NCBI GenBank assembly: GCA_017654855.1
Contig: CM030333.1
Location: 1,674,001 to 1,738,000, forward strand
Reading direction: 5' to 3'
DNA: 64,000 nt
From: Podospora anserina
Taxonomy: Eukaryota
In this document: positions 1 through 11,600 of the stretch, one piece after another
Layout of the letters: the number at the start of each line of letters is the position of its first letter
How positions within the stretch are numbered: the stretch's first letter is position 1
Notes under the pieces: model-generated
What the model saw: the letters and a program-made list of their open reading frames with translations, nothing else
What the model was told of the DNA's origin: nothing
Database searches by the model: none
Position numbers and translations under genes: made by a program

Positions 1-650
1 AAGGAATGTCTATAGTTCGATGTTGCTGGACCAGCCGGGACAAAGGAGCGTCGGTAAATATGTGTATCGTAAGGAGCGTCGTGCATGAAAAATGCAAGTA
101 TTAGGTAAGTGTCGTTGCAGTCGTAAAGGAGCGTCGTGTGCATTGAGAAAAATGCCGTGGGATAAGCTGCGTTGTGAAGATCAAGGTTGTGATCGCCAAA
201 CGAGTGTCGTGTACATTTGCGTCTGTGTTGAAGCGTGGAAAAACAAGCGAGAGTGCGCTCCGGAAAAAAGAAAACGAGAAACGGAAAAGCGAAAGTGGGG
301 ATAAGGATGGGAGGTTGGGGGCAGATCATGGGCTACATCATCTTTCCCTTTCCCTTGATGTCATCCTGAGGAGCCGTGAGGGCGGGAATCACGGTGTTGT
401 CGAGACTTGGAAACCTGGAATGTGCTGACATCACTGGCGTGGCAAGCAGCGGCGTGAGGGGTGATTCTGGAAGCGGAGGGTATTGAGCGGGTCCGGGACT
501 CAGATAGGGCGAGTGAGCAAAAGACGAAGACGGAGCTGACATCCATGGCTGCTGGTCCTCCTGTGGCGTGTGGTCTAATGTTGTGCTCGAGTAGGAAGGC
601 CTGGTCGTCATCTTGTCAATCACCTTTGACTTGTGGATTTCCAGAGGCTC

Positions 651-2620
651 CTAGGCCCACGTGGACTGGATTGGAGAAGAAACGAACCCGACACTGTAGC
701 GGTGGCTGGCAGGACCCATGACGGGAGAGGCGGCTGAGTAGGGGACCGTCCAGTTTCCAGAATCTTCGAAGTCGCTGTGGCCGGCGTCGCCAAAGTCGCC
801 ATAGACGCTCGAGACGGGACTGTAGGCGCCGTAGGGGCTAGGGATGTTAAGATACTGCTGGTTGCCAGAGTGAGGGAACGGGGATGACAGCTGCAGAGGG
901 CTGACAGCGCTGTTGGGAACAGACAGGTCCTCGGTGCTGTAGCTGAATGACACGCTGTCTCCATAGAAGTACTCTGGAGAAGCAGCGGGAACCATGGCCG
1001 GTGAACCGTCGTTCATGTAGAAGGGCGGCGCCGTGTACTGATGGAATGCGGGCGTGTCAACAGGATGGGCCCAACCCATGCGGGAGCGGAACTCGTAGAC
1101 TGTGCCGAGGGGGTGATCCATGAAACTGAGAGAGGTCTGGCCCCTCTCCGAGCAGCTGAGACGTTGATGGATTTCCTCGATAGGCTTGACGGTAAGGCTT
1201 CCAAAGTAGGCTGCACCAATGTCGGGGAAAAGACGCTCCATCAGCAAAGCGGCCGTGTAGTAGTGAGCAATCACGACCAACGAGTTGGGGGAGCAACTGC
1301 TCTGCTGCAGCATATCGACAGGAAGCCAGAACAGCCAGGTGCGCAACGCCCTAAGGCGCTCAAACTGCTGGTGCAAAGGCTGGGTTAAGACGATCTTGCG
1401 AGAGCCCTTCATGAAGGCAATGAGCTGCGTGATGGGCTTGGGGCTCTCATGGCTCTGCTTCAGATGGTGCTCGAGCTTCTGCAGCTGCTTCAGAGTCCGC
1501 TGGTAACTGTCCATGTCGGCAGCGCATGGCTGGCTGGGCTGGTGGTCCGGGGTGGGCGACGGAGGGCCGGTAGGGAACGTGCTGCTCTCGGCGATGAAGT
1601 CGCCAAAAAGGGACTCGTGTTTCCAGGATTCCATGGCATCGATAATCTATTTCGTCCGAATTAGTCGGGCGGTCGCGGGGGCTTGGCACAACCTTTTTTA
1701 CTCACCGTTGAGGTTCCTTGCATGAGTTCGGTCCAGCTCTTCCTGTATCGAGGTCAGCCCTGGTCGGTTGTAGCCCGGATAGCTGCAGCATATTGCTTAC
1801 CAATCCGTAGCTTGCCACGACAGCACGAGCGAAGCCGCCAGGATGGCGTCGGAGTTCTCCCTCGAGAAGCAGCCGATGGCTTCCTGAAGGCGGTTCAGCG
1901 CAATGCCCCGGTGCTCGTAGGCCATGTTGCCCACCAATGGGCAGTCGGTCAGGTGCGCAAGGTGCGTGGCGGAAAACGCCAGCAGCGCATGCAAGACATA
2001 GTCGTAGGTAGCACCGATCTGGATGATTCTAGAAAAAAAAGAGAAAAGGGGCACTTGGTCAGCAAGGACGACATGGGATGGCATGTGTCAGGGGTCCAGC
2101 CTTACGTGGGAATCCGCCGCGTCCAAAGCGTGAAGCCATTGGCATTGAGGCTCTCCATCTGCTCGCTGATGGACGCAACATGGTGGATCAGCCTGAGCTG
2201 GTCCAGAGTCAAGTCACAGGGTGTCGGTGCAGGATAGATGTGCGGGAATGGGAACACCCCGGTAACCTTCCACTGGTTGATCTCCTCCTCAATCTGAGGG
2301 GTCCACATGAGGTCGGGCTTGTCAGGCGAGCAAGACCTCTCATCAGGCTGAGTGATGTCGTTGTACGGGCAGCGGACCTTGTGCTTGGTGCAGTTGCGGC
2401 TGAAGATAGAGTTAGTCATTTGTCTCTGAATTTTGAGGGATAAGCCAAGCGTACCATTGAGGGAAGCTTTCATCACATCTGATGTGGCGGCGCTTGCTGT
2501 GAAGGTTGTTAGTGAAAACATGCCTGACTGCCAGCCTCTCGACTCAGCTTACCAAGATTCACATCCCTTCCGGGACTTGGTGTGGCTCCGACGAGGAGGA
2601 CCACCACCGGGACCGGCCAT
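651..2620 (-). CDS. Zn(II)2Cys6 transcription factor with fungal-specific TF domain (Upc2/Ecm22-like architecture), ~554 aa, 6 exons
   Basis: Exons 2620-2553, 2496-2455, 2399-2106, 2028-1801, 1742-1706 and 1646-651 are joined by canonical GT..AG introns and total 1665 nt. They read MAGPGGGPPRRSHTKSRKGC-ES-C-KRRHIR-C-DESFPQ-C-RN-C-TKHKVR-C (CX2CX6CX6CX2CX6C), followed by the middle region HALLAFSATHLA...DAILAASLVL. Confidence 0.93.
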
Positions 2621-5600
2621 TATGAGAGATACTTTGGAAGATTATGAAAACGAAAGAACTGAACTGGCTGTTAGCCTCCAAGCCAAGATGGAAAAACGAG
2701 AGACACCTGAAGCCAGGCGGAGGAGGTCAAGAAAGGGTTGGGAGTTGCTGACATTAATCAGAACACACAGTCAGTGCAGTGCGTCCTGGATGGGATAGCG
2801 AACGTCGTGAGATGCGGTTGGGGAGAGGCGCACAAAGTAGTGTAAGGCTGACACTATATTGATGTTGAAGGACAGCACAAGGCTATGTCCCCGCTTGGCG
2901 CAGACCTGGAGGCGGAGCTTGGAGAAGATGGGTAGCCGAATGAGTCAAAATGCCGTGCGAGAGAGAGCCTGGTTCCTGAGTGGAGATGCGTCGAGGAGGC
3001 AAAGGCTACTGCTGCTGCTACTTGCTGCTACGTGTGATGATGGTACGGTAACTACTGGTGGCGGTGATAGAGTTTGGTTTGGTTTGGTTTTCGAATCTTT
3101 TGGAGATTCTCTTCCTTTCCGGGCCGTTTTCCTTCTTCTTCCTCTTCTCTTGGTGTCCTTTTCTTCCTTCCCTTTCCTCAACAGCAGTCAGTAGCGATCG
3201 TGTGGTTGGTTGGTTGGTTGGTTGTATGCTTTCTAGAGTGTGTTTTTGAGAGAGATATGCTGGCTGGATGATGATGTTTCGGGATATTGTCTCAATCCTC
3301 CTCTTCTCTTCAACACAACAAAATAAAAACAAAAAAGAAACAAGCGAATGACAGGAGTCGACGAGGACTTCCTTGGGGTGAGTGCAAAAAGCGAATGTGA
3401 GTGGTGGAGATGGGCAGCGACGAGGGCTGATTCAGCGATGGTGATTGTATCTGGAAGATCAAAGAGAGGCGGAGGATGGGGCCGTCGGGGGGACTGCAAA
3501 GTTAAATAGCACCCCAATGCACGTCCTGGCTGGGGACAGGACAGGCCGCCCTGTCTGCGGGCTGCGGGCCAGCACCTGCCCACCTCCTCACCCAAGAACA
3601 CCCACAGCAAAGCGCGCGCATTGCCCCATCGGGAAAGGAAGCCTGCCAAGCCAAGACATCAGGGCTACACCATGTGCTGGCACCCCACCATCTGGCTTCC
3701 CTTTCCAGCTAGACCGTCCATCCATTTAATCGCTTTATTCGTTAATGTCTCCCCCTCCGTCCCATCTCCATCACGGCTCTACCTTAGCTCCCCCAGAGCC
3801 CTCTCCCGAACGGCGTCCTTGTTGAAACCGACGACAGCACGCCCCGTTACCCGTCAACTGGACCTCCGACGGGAGCCAAGGCCCGTTGCTATCAACCACA
3901 CCTCACCCACTGGACTAGACGCCGGGGCAGCGGACACTTGTGGCGGTTGTCTTTTGTTGAGCACCTTAATTCATGCCAGCCAAGAGTAAGTAACTTACTC
4001 TGTAAATCCTAACCCATTTGCCATGCCTCGAATGGTGCTTAGAAATTTAGAATGGTGCTGAGAAACCCATTCGACCTGGGCCCGTGCAGCATCTCCTTGT
4101 GCCATCGAAGCGCTGTGGAAGCTGCCAGCGTCCAGCAGCAATGCCGGGCTCATGCGAGCGCCGTTAACCGGGTATGCTCTTGTGTATTGTTTCTCTCCCC
4201 TCTGTACTATAAAATCCCCAAGAGGCAAAAGTGTGTGCAGTAGGTAGGGGCCATGCTCAGGCCATGGCTCCCCCCGCCCAATCCATGCTACGTTAACTCA
4301 GAGGTCCAGTTGTGCGGGAGGATGGCCCAGCATGACGACAGGCCAGACGGCAGCCGGCCCCAATGTCAGAGCAGTGAGTGACAATGAGGGAAGCATTTTT
4401 TGTGGGATTATATTAGCGGCGGGCACTAAACAGACAGCTTACAAGACGGTTCCGCCGGGACAGGCCGGAGAGTCTGTTTGAAAGGAGGCGATGAGATGAT
4501 GGAGAGATTGAGTTTGGTCACCTGCCAGGGCAAAGCTGCTGTGACAGATGGGATGCTCCTTTTGGGTCGAACTCCGCTTGGTGCTTGTTCACAAAACCAC
4601 AAAATCGTCCCAGCACAAGTCCCAGTGAAAGAGATGGCGAGCCTGCGAATGGGAGATAGGCCGGGGAAATGGCCGTGCTGACTGCTGCTGTCGTCGGTCG
4701 ACACTCCAAAGAGCGCTCTGACTAGCCGCCATGGGGTTAGCGCCCCTTTGCAACAGAACACGAACTGAGGCGGAGCAGCGGCAGGTCGGCTTGCCTCCTT
4801 CTCCCTTCAATATTACTTTTGTACCCTTTCTTTCCACCATTGGTGATGCTCCTTTTTCAGGTCACTCCTATGTTTTCTTGACTGCTTGTTTGGGTGTGGT
4901 CTGCGCAGCAAATGGTGAAGCTTTTCGTCAGGTGTGGCCCACGTGGATGTCTGTGAATGTCCCTGGCCGACGCCTAGCCTAGGTATAGCCGCGGTATTCG
5001 CTCCAAAGAGCAACTTTGACGCCTCCTCCCCCAGCCAGTCGACCTGCAGCATTACGTACTTTTCACACCCCATCTCCGATATTTTGATCAGAGACAGCAG
5101 CGGCATCTTACCGTTCTCGTGGCCTCAGTCCTGTGGCGGGGTTTGATTGCTCTAAACACAATCAATCTTTTCTTTGCTTCTGTTTTCTATGAGATTATCA
5201 GATTGCAAGGAGGGGGCGGGAAGGGCGTTGTTGCAGCAGCCATTGTCAGCCATCACCATGGATGACTGACTGTCTTCCTCTGTCCTCGTCCGCCCCCCCC
5301 CCGCACCCACTTACTCGATTTTGGTCTGTGGGATTCCTCCTGCATAGTTCCTAGCAGCAAGAGGTTGGGACTTGCAGTTACAGCCAGTCTCGTGCAGCGC
5401 GCATATTATGTAGCGCAGGGCCCTTTTTGCTTTCATCAGAAGAGAAGTCGTCTGGTGTGGTGGCATGCGTACTGCAGGACGTTGGCTTTTTCAATATTTC
5501 ACCCGTTCTTTCAGTAGAAAAGAAGCATGTAAAGTCTTTAGGGAATAGGGAAAACACCACCATGACCACAATACCCGTACGAGGACTTTTGCAGACGAGC

Positions 5601-8600
5601 ACCTGTCCACCACCCAACGTTCAACCCAACCTATCCTGGCGCCAAGCATCCGGCGAGGATCATATCATAGGCTAAGAGGCTCTTCCTTTTGGCATGCCCA
5701 CCAGGGCAGCAACCATTCCCCATTTGACGCTGGACCGGATCGCGGTTGACATTGGTTCTGGCGGGGGCACTTGGGGAGGCTTGGGGTGCACGCCGTCACT
5801 GTCACTAGCATCCCTCGGCGCACTCCTCGCTCTGTCTGATGATACCTGATACAGTAGCGTGCTGTTCCGATGTTGGGTGACCCCCATTGCCAGTTGAGTT
5901 TCAGGTGCTTCGTAACTGGGCCTTTGGGACTCGTGCCCAGCCCACACTGGCTGCAACGTCAACTATCGGTTGATGCGCTGATCTGATTTTTGTGATGGAG
6001 AAAGAAGAAGGTGAGGAGAACAAAGATGACGGCGGAGAGAACTGCCGGTTTCCCCTGAACCCCACGAAAGGCCGCGTTGCCGGACGACGACGGTGAGCGG
6101 ACGACTGGGATGTGAAGAGGCAGGTGTGCTTCCGAACCCCCCGTTTCCGTGCCTCGCCTCGGCGGTGTTCCCCTCATGAACCATCAGTTTGCATTATGTC
6201 ATTGCCCGATGCTGTGGAAAGCAAAACTCTCTCGCTAGTAACGGTGTCGAGCTTTCGAGCTTCCATGAACCTGGGAACAGCAAGAAGCCAAAGGAACTTT
6301 GATAGCTCCAGTTTCCACTTCGGTTTTCCCGGAGCGTCCGCCAGTCGGTGGAACTCCGGTTCAAAGGCACGTCTTGCGTCGGGTTAGCCAAAGAAGAAAA
6401 AAAAAAAAAGGCAAACGCCTCGCTCCGAAAGCTTGCAGCCATCATGAGCAGATCAGAAGCCAGCGTTAGCAGCGATACCGCAGTAATACCAACGTCGATG
6501 ACCCTCGTCTAAACACGTGGACCCAAGAACCTAGACATTACCCAGGATGACGCAGCACATCGCTTGGAAAGGTGAGCGCAACGACGGTGAGGGTGGAGAT
6601 GGGCACTCGGTGTCGTGCAGGACCCTGGTTCGATCGGGGGTTATCTTGTTGAATTGCTGCCCTCTGGTTGGATGAAACAACCGTTTTCTCGTGTCCATTT
6701 TTGGCTGCCCGTCCCTGCCGCTTCTTTGGTCCCTGTCCATTTGAATGTTTTCCCCTCATCACACACCCCTTCCCTTCCTCTTGCTGATGACCCTTTCTCC
6801 ATTCTCCAACTTTCTCAATCGTCAAAGTGGCTGTACACCTCGACGCTTACCGGTCACTTTCTTTGTTGTTCATGCTACTGCACTGCAGTACTAAATGATC
6901 TAAGCAGTTGTTGTCCCGAACATTGGCTCGGTAATGAATGGGGGGGCTAGGCAGCAAAGACTCCATTCTCTGGTTCTCTGGATGAACAGGCCAGGATCCG
7001 AACTTTGGGCTGCCTTTAGGTTGTTCCCGGCGCCAAGAAAACAGGGGACTTTTCTCGCCGGGTGCACCCATTCACCGCCTCATTTTTGGTGGTAGCAAAA
7101 CAGCAACAATCACCAAAGTCATTCATTCATCAAACGCCTCGGTTTTCCCTTTTGCGCTTCCCTCGGCCCCCTTGTCCGCTTCCACCGCGCCGTATGGGTA
7201 ACATCACAGAACTGCGACCGCGTGGCCCCATGGGTTCTTGATTCGGTAGGTATCTGCTCTTTGCTTGCTTTGAAAGCTCATTTCATTGTCCGAGGGCAAC
7301 AACAGCATCGAAAGATGTTTGCTTCCTTCCTGATGCTCGAATCCCAATTCCCAACTTTTTTTGTGGTGGATGGCTTTTCTTGTTTGGGGATAGCGCTGTT
7401 TCTAAATAAAAAGTTAACCTTTTTTTCCTTCTTTCCCTCTTCCGGCAGACGTCTCCACACTGACGTTCTTTGCTTGCCACATTCGGCCGAGCTGTGGTCC
7501 GCTCGTCCAATGACATTGACGGCACGTAGATCCTCGCTACTAGCAGACGAAACGACACTGTAGAAGTAATAATTTTCTGGATAATACTTATCAATCTGTA
7601 CAACGTTCCATGCCTCTACAGTTATTCTTTTCTCTCTTGTTCTTTTATTTCCCAACGGAAAAGCCGAACATTTCGGTCTCCTTTTGCCTTGATGTAGCAC
7701 ACAGACACACACACAACTCAGCTAACAACTCACACCAGCTTCCACAATCGACGCCTTACCGCCGGCCTCCTCTATTTTTTTTCGGCTCCCGGCAGCACCG
7801 TGTGTCCAAACCCCCGGGGCACGCGCGGGGGGCTTGGCTAGGTACCTATTAGCTCACTCCGTCATCACGGGTAGTGTGTTGTCGTTTCTTATCAATCTAT
7901 TTGTTTTTAGTTGACCAGATCAGAACCAAAAAAAACCAAGGAAAAAGCTACTTCCCCAAACCCCCAACGGACTGGGCGATTGGCATCGCGGAATTATGGC
8001 CGCCTCCTCCGATCCAGATTGCAACGGTTGGGGTGATCAGCCCGCATACATACTATAAGGACATTCCATGCGCGCTAATGACACTGGAGAGGTTGGAGAA
8101 AACCTCTGCTTTCTCCAAGTGATGAGGAAGTACCTAGCTGACCCCGCGTTGATAGCCGATTGTCCTCAGGCGGGCCGGCAATAACGTTTACGCGATGATC
8201 ACCTACTTACCCTACCCTACCATGATATGATCTGATAATTTATGGAGACCCTTTTACCCTCAGCTGTATGTGATCGTATGGATCTAGATGCTGAGTGGCT
8301 GTCTTTTTGCTCTTAACGCATGGGCGGAGGAGGATGGATCCAGCGGGGAGTCGGGTCATAGCTTGCAGGGCGTTGGCAGAGTAGGTAGGTAATTAATTCC
8401 CTTTTGTGTACCTTTCCTAACACAACTTGCAGCACCAATGAGAACAAGAGGCAGGATGTATGATCCCTGCTCCCTGTCGTCGGATCAAGGTTTCTGGTGA
8501 ACGTTGAAGAAAAGGGTAGTAGAGGAGGGAGATAAGCGAGGATGGGGGTAGTTTACACTGGGTAGGTACCTAACCCACTACTCGATCCTCGGTTTCTTTT

Positions 8601-11600
8601 TTGCTGTTGGTTTTTTCCCGCGGGTTTTTTAGCATTTTTTTCTTCCTTTTTTTCTTTTTATTTCCGTGGATTGTGATTTGACGGGTTTGTGGTTAGGGTG
8701 GTGGTGGGTTTGGTTCGCTGACTGGCTGGCTGCATGCTGTCACAGCCCATTTTTCCACACTCAGCTCCAGAAAAGCAGCAGATATGGTTTGCCCCGCGGA
8801 AAGGTCAGGTAGGTAGGCTGTCCACATTGCAGTGAGCGTAACTTCTGCAGAAGGGTCTGCTGCTTTTTCTTTTGCTAATTATAGCTCGGTGTGCGTGCCC
8901 GATCTTTGTGGGGGTGGTGGTGGTGGTGGTGGTGGTGGTGGTGTACGGACCTTGAAGCAGCCACAGTGGATGGGGAGAGTGCCATGTGATGATTTATGGT
9001 TCTGGTTATGACCGGGTGGGTGGGTTTTGGTTCTCAACAAGTACACCACCCGGAGTCGTTTCCGAAACCAGTAACGGGCGGTACCAATGTTGAGGGAGAA
9101 GAGGGTGGGTGGGTAAGAAGCCTAACGACAACATGATGGAAGTGTGACTGGAGGGTATTGTCATTTCTCCGTGGTGGCCAACGGGTTTGTGTCACGTTGG
9201 GAGCCTAAGCTGTTGAGGGCATCACGTTATCTGCTGTCTGGCACTTTTGCTTTCAACGGTCGGGACATTTGCTTGATGTTGGGTTCTCCACAACCATACA
9301 CTCAAAACACACGATCGATGACCAGTCCAAACTTGGTCAAAGGTTGGTGAAGGGTATCACCAGGCTGGATTTGCAAAGCATGGTATTGCATAAGGTACCC
9401 TTCCGACATGCCCCAGAGTCCTCGGCACGGCCTTCATTCGCTCTCTCTCCGCCTTTGTCTATTGAACCTGATTAAGGTTTGGTCGATCTCATGCTGTCAG
9501 ACTCCAAAATGCGGTGAGGATGGAGGCCACTGATTAAGAGGCTTGAGACGAGCCAGTTATCTTTCCAGAAGGAGGATCTTGTTCGGTGTCTTATGCTGTA
9601 TCACCGGTGAAGCTCACCACCCGCGCATATTCGGGGGATCGGGGAGGGTAAAGAGGGATACAGAGTCAGGGGTAAGGTGGGATGCGGAAGGGGAGAGCCG
9701 ATCTGTGTCGGGTGGGTGCTTTGATGGAAAGGGGGAGGCTTACTGCCAGCGTTGGGGAGCATATCGACCAAGTGCAAAAGACCGTCCGGTTTTGACGTTG
9801 TTATTGATGGCTTCCGGTATGGCATCGGGCGTGATGCTCGACCACGATGGGGTCAAAGAGGGGCCTTGGCATGGCCACCACCGTGTTGGTGTTGAGGGTC
9901 AATCACATCATGGCGAGAATGATATCTGACGCAGGGTCAGAACATCCTCTTTCACTCCTTCCATATACACAGCAGATCGTGTCCGGCACGTGCCTTGCTT
10001 CTCATGTGCTCACCCAGCTGGCGAAGAAACACAACTATCGCCCCGTCTGGGGTGTCTCACATCTCAGGATATCATCTGAACATGGATCAACCACGTATCT
10101 CGAATCCCACAAACTTAAGCTTCACCGAAACATGCATTTGACACTCCCGAGCGGTGGACGTCTGGGCTTGCTTTTCTGGGGTTGGCTGACAACACCGTTG
10201 TGTTCAGGAGAATCATCGAGAAGCCAACATGGATGAGCCCTGGGGGTGAGACTCCAATGACTATTTTGGTTCTCTTCTAGAAATTAATTGGCTTCCATAC
10301 CAGCTGGGACTCGGGCCTCAAACGGTTGACGATGTTGAAGATGTCTGAGATGAACGCCCTGGATTGGCCCGAGCAAAGACCTGGGGAAGACTCCCCAGGA
10401 ACGCTTCGGTGGCACAACAAGCCTTTCAGGTTTTGTTCGTGGCAGGCAGGTTCAAGCTTCTTCCCCGGTGTTCTCGGCGGAATATTTTGATCTTCCTTGG
10501 TGATATCAGCTCGTGTTGCAGAGCTGAAGCCGAAATAGAGGATTGGGCTACCTCTCTTCTTCGTCATGTGCAACGTTGGCATGAAGCTCGAGAGCTGGAG
10601 AGCCAACAGATGGTTGTTACTATCCCCGGGGTTGTCAGCGGTGGAGTTCAGGATCGGACCCGGAAGCCACAGCCACGGCCTCGGTACGTTTTTTCTTCTT
10701 CGTATGTGCTACACGATGCTAGTCTGTGATCTCAAAAAAGAAAACAAAAAAGCACAGGGCACATCTCGTGAGATCTGCTCGGCAAGGGGATCAAGATGCT
10801 GATTGGGTGTTTGTTGATATTGGCATTGGCCCTTCATCAAGTTTCGTGAGGCTTTCTGCGTCTCGACTAGGTTGGTGATGCTCACAGGAACGCTTACGGC
10901 GGTCCAGGAAGGTGAAAGCGTCACTTACACCGCTCTCACGCATCAACTGTGGTAGTCTTGTGTTTACTTCTGCTCCAGCGGGCCGACTTGCCCTTTCGCC
11001 CTGCTTTGTGTCGTCCAACGGTGATGTTTGATCCAAGGGGGGCAACGGGCAAGGGGCATCACTCAGCTGCGGTCCACCGGATAGGGATCAGAATGTCAGG
11101 GGGCAACTTGCCAATCAGAGCCCAAAAAGCCCAAAGGTTCAATGCATGAAAGGCTGACCAATGGCTGACGATGCCACAAGATCAAAAGATGCCCGAAATC
11201 GGCCGAATATGGGGGGATGTTACTCATCTTCACCTTGTTGTCGATTTTTTCTTTGCCTCGGGATGCGCTGGCTCTGTAACATCGCCATCAATATCGAAGC
11301 CAACAACAGCTGATGGGAGAAAGGCAAGGAAGGAACATGACAGTGAAGATGACCGCATGCATTTGCCTTTGCATTTGCATAACTCAATCCAGTTCACAAT
11401 AGGCAGGCGAGTTGCTCTTTCCTGGCCTGGCCCCCCCAACTTCAGATTCTTGTCAGTGGTGCTTTCCCAAAGTGTCATCCCGCTCGAGCACATGCCCCTT
11501 CCGTCTGTCTCCCTACTTGACCCCAACCTCAAAGCGAGGCGCAGTCGTCAAACAACCCACCTTTTTAACCTACCACCAAATATGCACACAACATCGCATT

